From Octopus bimaculoides (taxonomy: Eukaryota): DNA of 64,000 nucleotides. Below the pieces are notes generated by a model, which was not told the origin of the DNA, ran no database searches, and saw only the letters and a list, made by a program, of their open reading frames with translations. The position numbers and the translations under genes are program-made. The DNA is taken from positions 75,480,177 to 75,544,176 of the forward strand of contig NC_068984.1 of NCBI RefSeq assembly GCF_001194135.2, read 5' to 3'. Shown in pieces: positions 1-10,989 of the stretch. The number at the start of each line of letters is the position of its first letter. The first letter of the stretch is position 1.

Positions 1-99
1 GTTTGCAATGTCCTGTACCCAGATATGCACCTATACATACAGGTGGATGTCGGTATGCACATACCTGTACGTATATATGCATATTCTCATTTACTATTT

Positions 100-148
<49 letters not shown>

Positions 149-680
149 CTTTTTTATTCGTGGGTTAAAAAATCAACCAGTGATTTTATGTGGAATAGAT
201 ATCCTCTTATCCGTACATATTCGCTCAGCTTGCTAGAAATAGTAGCTGAATCGTCTTTAAATTACAGCCTACCGTCTTTAAAAAGACAAACTAATGCAAT
301 CCGAAATACACTATCTGAAAAAGTGATTATGAGATAGTCACGGTTCATATACAATTTGATCATAAGTTTACTTGATCAGAGTTGAGCTGAGGTTAAATAA
401 TTATTTACAAAAGACACAAAATAATCTACGATCACGTTTCCGAAGAGTATGTCTTCAGTTTCACTTTTATCACACATTCAAAAGAACATGAAGGAAACAC
501 ACTACGAGTAGCGATCAATTGCCTCAGCAAAAACGTGAAAGGTACGAGGACAAAATATTAAGTGAAATGACAAATATGTGGTTCGAAACTGTTCGTAAAC
601 TTTTCTTTCTTTAAGACACTATCAACATCTCTCACTTGTATTTTCTCTCCTGTACTGGAATATGTTGAAATACTTTACAC

Positions 681-1236
681 CAGTGGTTCCGAAACGTCTT
701 CAGGTTGTTGCCCTCTTGGCACTCAGGCCATATTCTTGGTGTCCCCATCACAAACATAGATCACTTTCTGCAACAAATTCTAAACAACTATTTCACAATA
801 CTTAACCTATTGTTATGTTGCTTTTATGTCATTAGAGCAGTGGACTCGCGGTCGGAGGATCGCGGTTTCGATTCCCAGACCGGGCGTTGTGAGTATTTAT
901 TGAACGAAAACACCTAAGCTCCACGAGGCTCCGGCAGCGGGTGGTGGCGACCCCTGTTGTACTCTTTCACCCCAACTTTCTCTCACTCTTTCTTCCTGTT
1001 TCTTGAGTAACGCTGCGATGGACTGGCTTCCCGTCCAGCTGGGGGGAACACATACGCCATAGAAATCGGGAAACCGGGCCCATGAGCCTGGATAGGCTTT
1101 GAAAGGGCGACGTATGTTGCTTTTACATCCATTGCTCCCTTTTGGCCACCCTATTACCACCCCATTTTTCTTCATCGACCTCCCTCCACCCATATCTCTT
1201 CGTCCAGGGCAGAGCCGCCCAGTTTGGTAATCACTG
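681..1236. mobile_element. hAT (Charlie-type) non-autonomous element/MITE
   Basis: TIRs CAGTGGTTCCGAAAC (681-695) and reverse complement CAGTGATTACCAAAC (1222-1236). 8-bp TSD ctttacac (673-680) / ctttacaa (1237-1244), 7/8 match. Confidence 0.85.
827..1112 (+). mobile_element. tRNA-headed SINE (family A head and body with an alternative 3' module) nested in the hAT element
   Basis: B-box GGTTTCGATTCC. Body matches family A copies (17156, 38063, 59419) up to ttcctgtttct. 13-bp TSD tatgttgctttta at 814-826 and 1113-1125. Confidence 0.85.
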
Positions 1237-2685
1237 CTTTACAACAATATTAAGTGAAATGGCACGACTGAGATTTGAAACCGCATTCGTAAATCCGACT
1301 TACCGAGTGCTTACGGCACAGGTACAAGGTATTCTATGAACACCTTTTTACTTTATATGCAATAGCGTTTCACAGTTATCTTCGTAAAGTGTGCAAATAC
1401 AAAAACAAAACTTTCACCAGGCAATACTGGATTCATTCCTTTATTGATTTCATCTCACAGCTTCCTCCGGTTCCGTGGAGAGTGGAAAGTAACGTTTCTT
1501 TTATTGGGTTGGAGATTTTCCAATAAAGCTATTGGTTCTACTTGAAATGGTTTCACTCTTCTCTGAAAGAGTAACCACAGCGAGTCACTACTTAAATATC
1601 TTCGTCTTTTCTTTTCTTTTCTTTCACTCTTTCATTCTGATTCCATTAATTTTGTCTGCTATATGCCTCAAGGGTTAATTTTTAGAACCTGTATAAATTC
1701 AATATAAATTTTGGAGTTTTACTTGTTTGGCAAAGGATTTGATCTGAGATCGAGTGTTGAAACTGAACAATTACAAAGGTATACGCGTGTTTTAAATAGA
1801 TATTAGAATAGATTCTACCACGATACAATAGCGTCAATATAAATTGTTTTCTATTATCTCTAACTCTGGTTTACAGGTTACTCCTTAATATAAATGCTTC
1901 ATTTGATCCTGCTATTACATCGTTTATTTATTTATTTATTTATTTCTCTTTATACATTATATTTGTCTGTATAGAAAACTACTGCAGTTTTATTAGATTC
2001 AAAAGCGGGAAGTACTATTTCTTCCTCAAGTTTAATAAATATGAATGTTTATATATTAACCAAACATCCACCCACCCATGAAACTTCTCAGACTCTTTGG
2101 GTGTGTTACTAATTGTAGGAAATCATAAGTCGTTTTTCCTTTAATTACACCGTGCTTTTGTTTGTTTTTAAATTTTCTAATGACTTAGAAGAGAGACTAA
2201 CGCTCAGGAACTATTTAATGATCTCCGAATCTCCGAGACAAGTAGGAAGAAGAAAGTTATCCTGACCAAAGACCTGTCGCGAATACTAATAACAGTTTAC
2301 AGTCTGCTAAACAGCTGTCGCAGAAAGAAGCGTTCATGCTTACTGGAGTATACAATATTTACTATTCCAGCCGTATCTTTAAGCCTAATGTCAAGCTGCC
2401 TTCAAACAGGGCTACCTTGTTTCCTAATCAATATTGCTTATTTTTCCCGATATAGTAGAACGAAACCTAATGGTTCAACAGTGTTTTATAAAATAATTAT
2501 GCTAGCACACGTTAAAAAGGTTATAAGCGTTGTATCCTATCGATGCTGTTGTTGCAGTGAGCAGTTACTGTAGTGACCTAAACTGAATGGTCATTTCTAA
2601 AATGGACATCAAGTTGTTCAATGCTGGAGTAACCTTCATGAATGAAAAAGGCGAAAATGCATCAGTTCCTCAAGAGCTAGGAAAT

Positions 2686-3120
2686 ATCCTTTTCCTACCC
2701 TAGGCACAAAGCCCGAAATTTTGGGGATGGGGCCCAGTCGATTAGATCATCTCCTGTACGCAACTGGTGCTTAATTTATCGACCCCGAAAGGATGAAAGG
2801 CAAAGTTGACCTCGGCGGAATTTGAACTGAGAACGTAAAGGCAGACGAAATGCCGCTCAGCATTTCTTCCGGCGTGCTAACGTTTCTTATTTCTTTATTG
2901 CCCACAAGGGGCTAAACAGAGAGGAGACAAACAAGGACAGACAAATAGATTAAGTCGATAACATCGACACCAGTGCATAACTGGTACTTAATTTATCGAC
3001 CCCAAACGGATGAAAGGCAAAGTCGACCTCGTCGGAATTTGAACTTAGAACGTAACGGCAGACGAAATACTGCTAAGCATTTCTCCCGGCGTGCTAACGT
3101 TTCTGCCAGCTCGCCGTCTT
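2686..3120 (-). mobile_element. Head-to-tail dimer of tRNA-headed SINE family B
   Basis: Two copies (2887-3120 and 2686-2886) of the GGCGAGCTGGCAGAA...GAGTTCAAATTCCGCCGAGGTCGACTTTGCCTTTCATCC family. A single 14-bp TSD aagagctaggaaat flanks the pair (2672-2685, 3121-3134). Confidence 0.9.
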
Positions 3121-4710
3121 AAGAGCTAGGAAATGTCATCGCAGATGTTTTGCTGCGTTGCAACACTTGTTGATACACTTTCATAAGCTTTCGTAGACTT
3201 TATTGAATTGCGAAATTAGCAATGTTGTGTGCATTAAATGTCTTGGTCTGGAGTGGGGAGTAGTGAACACTTCAATTTGTTTTCAATTTCATGCTGTCTA
3301 ACCAAGGTTTGGAAGTTTTCAACCTCTGTTCCTCGTTTTCTCTAAGTAACATAGCCACCTACACTTGTTTGGATCCTCTTCATAAATGACGACCATTTGG
3401 AGCATTTGTCATTTTTCATGCAAGGTCAATTACTGTTGAAGGTACCACCGAAAGTATAAACCATCTCGGGTTGAGCAATATGGTAGATTTCTATGTTTCT
3501 ACTAGGGTCTAAAAGCACTGATGATTTAATAAAATCATATTAACCGAAATGAATTTAACTTGTTATCCAGATCGAGTTGTAAGCAAGTAGTAAGCCACTT
3601 TTTACCTATTATTTTGGTATACATACGGTACTTGACAGATTAAAATAGTTGCTATTTCATAACCAAATTCATTTAACCCACCTCAATTTTAAATGGAAAG
3701 CCCTAGCTTTGAAATCATTCCTGTGAATGTATGTTTGACCTGGATGGATCTTTTCTTAAATTTCTTTTCATGTGTGGTTTCAAATGAGTTATGAAGCGAT
3801 ATGGGCGACTAAAACAGCAAACATTCATTGCATCCTGTGTTTATTCGTGGATGCATCGAGAGTTACCAATAACACTTAAAATAATTCTAAATTGACCAAG
3901 ATCTCCTGCTACATCATTATTGATTGTATCTGGCAAATGCACGCAAGAGTGTGCTCCAAGTTTGTTTTTTTTTTTTCTACGAGTTCTAATGTAGCACACT
4001 GTCTCAGTGTCAGCTTAGTAAACATCTGGTGCAAAGAGCTGAGAGTCTCCGTTTAATGTAAGTGATCGAAAATAAATGTACGACAAAAACATAGAAGTTT
4101 AGATCTTGAAGTTTAGATGTTGAAGAATTTTATCCGACTTAAGTGTTATCCATTTTCACCATTAGCATATAGAAGATTTTTCAGTGTCTCTTTTGCCATT
4201 TGATTTTTTTTTTCACTTATGATGATAACAACATCATTGCATTCAGCCATATTAAAACAGTAGATCTGATTTCCTGTTTTCCAGAGGGTCTTTTATTTTC
4301 ATCAACAGTAATTTGAAACTCCTGGGGAGGGTGCAGACTCCAATGCATACTTAAAACTTTTGACAGAACTGTTCTTTACATTATCATTTGAAGTTTAAGA
4401 ATCAAGTCAAACCGAAAGAGATAGTGTTATGTAATTGGTCTGTTTCTGAAGTCACCAATGCATTTATTGAGGAGAGGCTAAAGTAAACAAAGTTATTGTA
4501 GATTTCGCTTTCTACTTTAAACGTTAGCATAAATTTCCCTTTCTTAAGATATTTCCACAGGAAAACATTTGGAAAGTAGAATTGTATATTCTGATGTTCT
4601 GCAAAGAATAACGAGATTCCTTAGTTGTGGCAGTAACAAGTACTTTTGAAGCATAGATTGATCATCAAGCACTAGGAGGTTAACGTTTCTATTGAAGTAA
4701 CACATTCTGT

Positions 4711-5144
4711 TATTCTTTTATTCTTTTACTTGTTTCAGTCATATGACTGCGGCCATGCTGTAGCTTCGCTTTGAAGGATTTTAATCGAACAAATCGACCC
4801 TAGGACTTATTTTTTAAGCATAGTACTAATTCTATCGGTCACTTTTGATAAACTGCTAAGTTACGGGGACGCAAACACATCAATACCGGTTGTCAAACAG
4901 TGATAGAGGGACAAACACAGACACAAAGGCACACACTCATAGATGCACACACACACACACACGCACGCACACATATATATACGACGGGCTTCTTTCAGAT
5001 TCTTTCTACTAAATCCACTCAGAAGGCTTTGGTCGGCCCGAGGCTAGAGTAGAAGACACCTGCCCTAGGAAGTCACGCATTGGGATTGAACCTGGAACCA
5101 TGTGGTTGGGAAGAAATCTTCCTTCCACACAGCCCAGCCATACC
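4711..5144 (-). mobile_element. tRNA-headed SINE family C, full length
   Basis: Same architecture as 62346-62762: tRNA-like head, core CCGACCAAAGCCTT...GAAAGAAGCCCGTCG, internal (CA/TA)n tract, tail CAGCATGGCCGCAGTC..GACTGAAAC(AAGTAAAAGAAT)n. Confidence 0.9.
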
Positions 5145-5225
5145 TACAGATTTCTTATGCTTCCCCTTTTGATCCTTCACTTTTCATAGTTTTTAGACAT
5201 GGGGCCAATAATAGCTACAGTATTT

Positions 5226-5470
5226 TTCAGAAGCATAGAGGAGAAATAGAAAGAGAAGAAAAGACATCAACAAGAAACTATGACATTACAACCAGCCAGG
5301 CAAAGTCTTCGCTACATTTGCGGCACCTGCCAGAGGGAGTGTTTGTCCTGGTTAGGACTACACAGTCATAGCAGGAGATGTATTAGGACATGAAATGTAA
5401 AAACCGGACAAGATTATTTTAATGCGCAACTCCATTGTCTCCCGAGACAAAAAAGATGCCAACAACAACA
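5226..5470 (+). mobile_element. RTE-clade LINE 3' end (5'-truncated)
   Basis: Frame 5280-5393 reads YICGTCQRECLSWLGLHSHSRRC*, matching the RTE C-terminal CxxC..S(R)IGLxSHxR motif. 3' UTR hairpin gtctc-cc-gagac, then ATGCC(AAC)n tail. Confidence 0.85.
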
Positions 5471-8189
5471 AAAGTCATGTCTTGGATCGTAGTTTCATTG
5501 TTTCTCTATGTATACCCCTGAGTTGCCTTACATGACGCTTCTCTGGGGTTCTATTGTGTCTATGTGTAGCCTGTCTAGCAGCATCCTGTTCGAGGCAACC
5601 CTCACGATATCAAACACCTCCAGAAGTCTATGTGCGCTTTGTCTGTCGGTATTGTATTCAAGATGTGTCTCTGGTTCATCAGACATTTCCAGCTGTCTAT
5701 TTGCATCTTGTCGAAATGATTCTATTCATGATGATCCATTCTTACATTTTTAGTCTCAACTCTCCTCCAAGCTGCAACCTTGGAAACGGAGAATGTAAAT
5801 GCAAGACATTTTTTTACGTGGAGTTCTGACGGAAATATCATTAATTCAAACCAATTATAAGTTATAAGTGTTAAGAGACAGACACAAATGATTTGCGAAT
5901 ACGAACACTTTCTAATTTTAGTAACAGAAGGTAGAGAAGTATAAACATGGTGATTAATTAGGAAATAGAAAGAAACAGATGAAGAAAAAAATGTGAGGAA
6001 ACAACCGTTATAAATAAATAATATTATATGTTTCACGCGGGGTTCGAATATATCTATATATAATCAGTCAACATATTTAACCAAATATTTTATGTATGAA
6101 GGAATTATGTTTAAAAACGAGCATTCTGTATTCTTTTTTAAAGCTGGCTCTAAGTCTGACATCAACTCATTTCCTTGCATGCTGACGTCTGTGCGTGTTA
6201 GAAACGGGACAATTTTCTATTTTATTTACTTCATTTGAGTGTGCTATTTCTAGACACGTCAAGAATTGAAGTTTTGGCTATGTGTAAGTCACGCATATAA
6301 CCGTAATGTCTAGTCGTAGACTTGTGAGAAGTTGCAAACATAAACCAATTTGCAACTGGCTAGGTACAGACTGTTTGAAGAAGATGCGCTTATCTTAAGC
6401 TTCTCCCTTTTAGCTCTCATGTTATTGTTGTTGTTTTTCAACAAAACTATGGCAAAATGAAAGAACAAAACTATGGCAAAATGTCTGCTGTCTGTGGCTG
6501 ACTTCAGAGTCGAAGAAGTAAAATAAAGAAGATATGTTAAAACATTGCTCTAGTGCTAGAGGTAAGTGAGAGGAAATAAGACGGCGGGGTGAGAATGAGT
6601 GTCTTTAAGATGAGTTAAAATGATTAGAATAGCAACTGAAGAATAAATATAAACAGTAGTGGAGTTGTTAAAACTTTCAATGACGTGCAAGAAGGTGCAG
6701 AGAAATAAATCGCAGAGATTCAACACTGCAAGGGAAGCGGAGATATGGGCGATAGTTACATAAAAAAGACTTAGATGAGATGAAAGTGAGTTGATGTGCT
6801 GGAAGAGATATTTAAAGCATTATGAAAGATGTACGTACAAAGACACACACTTTCTCAAATATACATGCGTGTGTGTGTTTTCCTGTGGTAATGCGTGTAT
6901 GTAAGTGAGAAAGAGTGAGAGAGAGGTAGTTTTTGTTGTAAACGCTTTTCATTTGTCAGAATTATCTAAATATTCATAGATTCTTGCCTCGGTGATGTAG
7001 TGAAATCGTTCGTCGTGTTTTAATTAGACATTATATGGATATATGTTAATCTCTCTATGTTGCTATTAGTGTTTTAAATTGCAGTACGTTCCGTCGCTAT
7101 TCTACAATCCACGTTATCTAAATCAAAGTGTCAAAGTTTGCTCTGTAATATGCCAATAGGCCAATATTAATAAGCGCACGCTAAGACTTTTACTAATGAT
7201 CTATAAATATTTTCGTGGCATTTATCCAATAGCTATTTGAAAGCATTTTTCTTTTCTTCCATTCCTATCAAAATCTCGAATACATTAGCTGACTCGAAAA
7301 CGAATGATTATTTTCAAGCAGTAGATATAGTGACAAATCTTTCTTTTATTACGATTTCAGTTATTGGAATGCGCTTTTGGTTTATCTCTTGCCGTTTAGG
7401 TGAATAGACATATTCAAACGCTACAATAATAATTTGTTATTCAGTAGCTTTTATTTCTTAGTTTCGAGAATCAATCACATCGACTACTCTAATACTTTGA
7501 TACAAAACGAACGATAATATTTTGTTCTTTGTTGTTCTTCTGTCTAGTATTTCTTTCTCCAACGCTGAAATTCTTATAGCCATTCTTTAGATACCATTTT
7601 GGTGTTCATTCATCAAAAATGAGAAGCAAAATGGCGACTAACTGACCTCCAGTTCTACACATCTGCTTCAGTGAGGTATAACAGGCTATAGTAGTCTAGA
7701 AACGAGATAACACTTATATTGATAAAGAGCACAGATTGATATTTATTCATTGTGTCGTGGTTTGATATATTCAGAAGGAAAACATATCGATGGAACTAAA
7801 CAAAAATTACAAACTTATTTTGTGGGTTTCGATTCTCGTTTATAAACTCTTCGTTTTATTATTTAAAAAAAAGGATGTATAATAGGTGATGAAAACAAAT
7901 TCAAGCTTCATAGAAAGTGCATCATTTATCAGACTTTCAACATCTAGAAAATAGACAGTATGGACTGAAGTGGTATCAATTTATTCTCTGGCGGTTTGTC
8001 GTATCTGTTGTACTTATGAACGTTGGCATAACATACTTGTTTTGTTATCTTCATATTACGACACAGACGAGAACAACTACTTTTGCCCAAGAAGATAAAG
8101 ACATCGAAAAGAATATTGTGTTGAATACGGTTCGAGCAAATCAAAATATCCACTCATCAAATATGATGATAACAGTAACAACAGAATTG

Positions 8190-8300
8190 ATAATATGGAT
8201 CCTCAACACTACACATTGTTCAAAAAATTGCCCTGTTAGGAACAGCCCACATCATACGTAAGACACAATCAATTCAATAATACAACCTATTCAATTTATA
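8190..8300 (+). mobile_element. RLE-type (R4/Dong-like) LINE, extreme 3' fragment
   Basis: 8215-8280 translates to IVQKIALLGTAHIIRKTQSIQ*, the typical C-terminus of this clade. Confidence 0.75.
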
Positions 8301-8421
8301 CAAGACACACTCGATACAATAAATATCCGATGAAATTAAACTAACACCAGAAGGCTGGATACCCAACGCATTACGCACACAACACAAACATTAATACAAC
8401 AAAATACTTACTGCACCTTAC

Positions 8422-8557
8422 CTCATAGGAAAAAAAGAAACTGACGCAATACAATACCGGGAAGAGTTTGCACACTCCCAACAACAAAAAGGAAAACACA
8501 ATGCTGCGCACACCCCAGCAACACGGAGGTGTAGCAGGTGATGCTGTAGACATTTGC
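8422..8557 (-). CDS. Candidate isolated exon of an unidentified gene (136 nt)
   Basis: Acceptor ggtatttcAG| and donor GAG|GTAAGG; a second donor GCA|GTAAGT lies 10 nt further on. GC is above background and two frames are open, e.g. MSTASPATPPCCWGVRSIVFSFLLLGVCKLFPVLYCVSFFFSYE. No partner exon or homology recognised. Confidence 0.4.
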
Positions 8558-8624
8558 CTGAAATACCAGTTATTGATCTAGGTAGTGGGTAGCGATTTTT
8601 TTGGAACATATGTTATGCACCCAG

Positions 8625-8808
8625 CAGGGGCTGCAATAAGGGTGGAGCACTTGCAGAAAACAGCACTGCTTGGAACCGCTCGAATACTCCGGAAGGTGCT
8701 CGAAAAATAAGAGGTGTTACCTTAGTTCACTGGTATAGTGAACAGCTGACATCGTAGTACATCTCCGGCGTTAGAAGCTGAGCAAAGGCAATAAATAATA
8801 ATAATAAT
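8625..8808 (+). mobile_element. RLE-type (R4/Dong-like) LINE 3' end with (TAA)n tail
   Basis: 8636-8710 reads IRVEHLQKTALLGTARILRKVLEK*, followed by a short UTR and a (TAA)n tail (8791-8808). Confidence 0.85.
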
Positions 8809-8937
8809 CGACCATTTACTTGTCACAAGGAAGTGGATAAGGATTATTATAAAGTGGATTGCAAAAAATCTGTTTGAGATATGCAAAGGGAAAAGCTATG
8901 TTGAAATGAAGGAAAGTTAAACATAACAAGTAAATAT

Positions 8938-9149
8938 ATATCTTTTATCTTTTATTTGTTTCAGTCATTAGGCTACGGCCATGCTGGGCACCGCTTTGAA
9001 TATTTTTTAGTCGAATGAATCGTCCCAGGGCTTAGTGTTTTTATGCCTGGTACTTATTCTATCGCTCTCTTTCGCCGAACAGCTAAGTTACGAGGTCACA
9101 AACACACCAACACCGGTTGTCAAGTAGTAATGGAGGACAAGCACAGACA

Positions 9150-9205
<56 letters not shown>

Positions 9206-9505
9206 TATATATGCATACATGCATACATTCATACATATCGTTGCTATTATGCAAAAGTGTCGTAAGTCCAAATCGTTGCTTTTTCAGAAAACGTAAAAAG
9301 CGTTTCACCATTCCATAACAAAACCGTTGTACTAAACTTTGACAATTTTTGATATCTTGGCTTCTGAAGCAGCTGGAAATGTGATAGTTTGTCCAAAAGA
9401 ACCGGCTATTGCAAGCAAAAAACATATATATTGAAAAAAAAACGCATTTGGCCAAATTTGGACATACGACAGTTTAACATAATAGTAACGATATACATAC
9501 ATACA

Positions 9506-9541
<36 letters not shown>

Positions 9542-9589
9542 NNNNNNNNNNNNNNNNNNNNNNNNNNNNNNNNNNNNNNNNNNNNNNNN

Positions 9590-9623
<34 letters not shown>

Positions 9624-9781
9624 GACGAGCTTCTTTCCGTTTCCGTCTATCAAATCCACTCACAAAGCTGTGGTCGGCTCAATGCTAAACTAGAAGACAC
9701 TTGCCCAAGGTGCCATGCAATGAGACTGAGCCCGGAATCATGTGGTTGGAGAACAAGCTTTTTACCATACAACAACGCCTG
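8938..9781 (-). mobile_element. SINE family C, split by a MITE in its internal microsatellite
   Basis: 3' half at 8938-9200 and 5' half at 9622-9781 match the family C copies. Confidence 0.85.
9238..9491. mobile_element. MITE with ~36-bp imperfect TIRs and TA TSD (Tc1/mariner-like)
   Basis: Left tcgttgctattatgcaaaagtgtcgtaagtccaaat versus reverse complement of right tcgttactattatgttaaactgtcgtatgtccaaat. TA at 9236-9237 and 9492-9493. Confidence 0.8.
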
Positions 9782-10989
9782 GAATATATGTATAATATAT
9801 GTTCCAAAAAGAGACTGTCACTGAGGGTAAAACAGGGTATGGCGTAAGCCTCTAAATTTCTTTCAACACTAAAGCATGACTCTACTTGAAAATTGAAAAT
9901 TACAAACGAAAATTGAGATCTAGTTACATAAAGTCGCCACTCTAATCAATCTTTCAGCAAATTTACTTGAGGGCATCATTTCTAACCTCCACTCTTACTC
10001 TACTTTTAAAGTGGTACTTAAAATGGTTAGCCGAAGAGAAAATATTTCTACTCAGAGCTCGCAATCGTATCAACAAAATCATCTCTGTCCTAGTGGGGTT
10101 TTGTCCGAATCCCTGCCAACGAGTTCGTATCCCAGCCACACAAGACATGGATAATGTCTGACTTTTATTACCAAAAGAAGTTAGTGGCGTAATATTTACG
10201 ATGATCTTGGCTTAATGTTGGATCCGTCATACACACAATAACAGGTATTCGACGTAAATCTATTAGTCAGTAGTATTAGGAGACTAAACGAGGGCGTGTA
10301 GAATGCTCTGCACGTATCTGGTAGTTGACAGCATCACAGTGTCTGTAGAGTTTATCGAGGACTGGCAACACTCCAGGAAGAACTATCAAACCGAACCGAG
10401 GGATTTTGGAAGTTGTACATGTCTCAAAAATAAAAGTCCTCCGGAACAAAGTATTCAGACTCTCCTTATTGACACTCAGAAATTAGTTATAGACCATCAG
10501 CGTTCACATCCTCCTCCAACATGTTATAAAATACTAGTGTAGACGTGCCAATACTAGTATAGATTGCCTACATGGTGGAGTTCAATGAGCTTTCAGAACA
10601 TTATGAAAGCCAAACGCCCGACCTCTGTGCTTCACCCATAACTGTAACTCAGTCAACCAGAGAAATGTGTCCTGTCACAATTCGCAACTGTTCGTGTTTA
10701 CTGTCGTTGTTATCCAGCCTCACCATGTACCTACACATAAATGCAAGCAAAAAACTATTATAAGACTTCCACAGTAGGGCTATAAAGCTATATATATGTA
10801 TGTGGGAGGGGGTGTATGTATGTATGTATGTATGTATGTATGTAGACAGTGGAAAACTAATACTATTTGTCACAAAAAAGAAACGATTTATACTTTCAAG
10901 AAAATCAGCAAATTGACCGGCAGTTATAAGGAGAAATAAGAAACTACAGAAATTGCGAAATAAGGTAACAAAATGCCACCCTAAAAGTA

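Larger units (their letters stand above)
2295..5800 (-). pseudogene. Decayed Helitron Rep-helicase coding region (N-terminus through Rep domain), interrupted by three insertions
   Basis: Hand translation of the minus strand gives colinear Helitron motifs with stops and frameshifts: NYDPRHD (~5480), IIGPM (~5190), RMCYFN (~4700), QNIRIYNSTFQMFSCG (~4600-4555), FMLTFKV, SFKYALESAP, EFQITVDENKRPSG, FNMAECNDV, HLPDTINND, TQDAMNV..RP.RFIT (~3840), ARAFHLKL, degenerate HUH motif *VKSGLLLAYNSIW (3567-3608), PCMKNDKCSK..GGY..RKR, TFNAH, KCINK, IHEGYSSIEQLDVH, TTLITF, RKQG, ERFFLRQL (~2310). Confidence 0.85.

Noticed and set aside
430-465. Minus-strand CTGAAGA-catactcttcg-GAAACGT
   Set aside because: Stem II cannot form without consuming core nucleotides; only one closing pair.
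3518-3550. CTGATGA...GAAA hammerhead-like spacing
   Set aside because: The hairpin overlaps the core itself, stem II does not close next to GAAA, and it lies within Helitron coding sequence.
6047-6062. atatctatatataa resembling a Helitron 5' end
   Set aside because: Wrong orientation for the adjacent minus-strand Helitron, and too short and AT-only to be significant.
6440-6483. 20-bp direct repeat aacaaaactatggcaaaatg x2
   Set aside because: Simple local slippage with a 4-nt spacer; no element in between.
7917-8261. 114-aa ORF with a TM-like stretch and a downstream GTAAGA donor-like site
   Set aside because: Its 3' part overlaps, out of frame, an RLE LINE C-terminus (QKIALLGTAHIIRK). It has a non-ATG start right after a stop, and an ORF of this length is expected by chance in 64 kb.
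10300-10550. Possible RTE-like RT C-terminal remnant
   Set aside because: Only faint motif echoes (YL, HQR..C.KIL); not enough to call.
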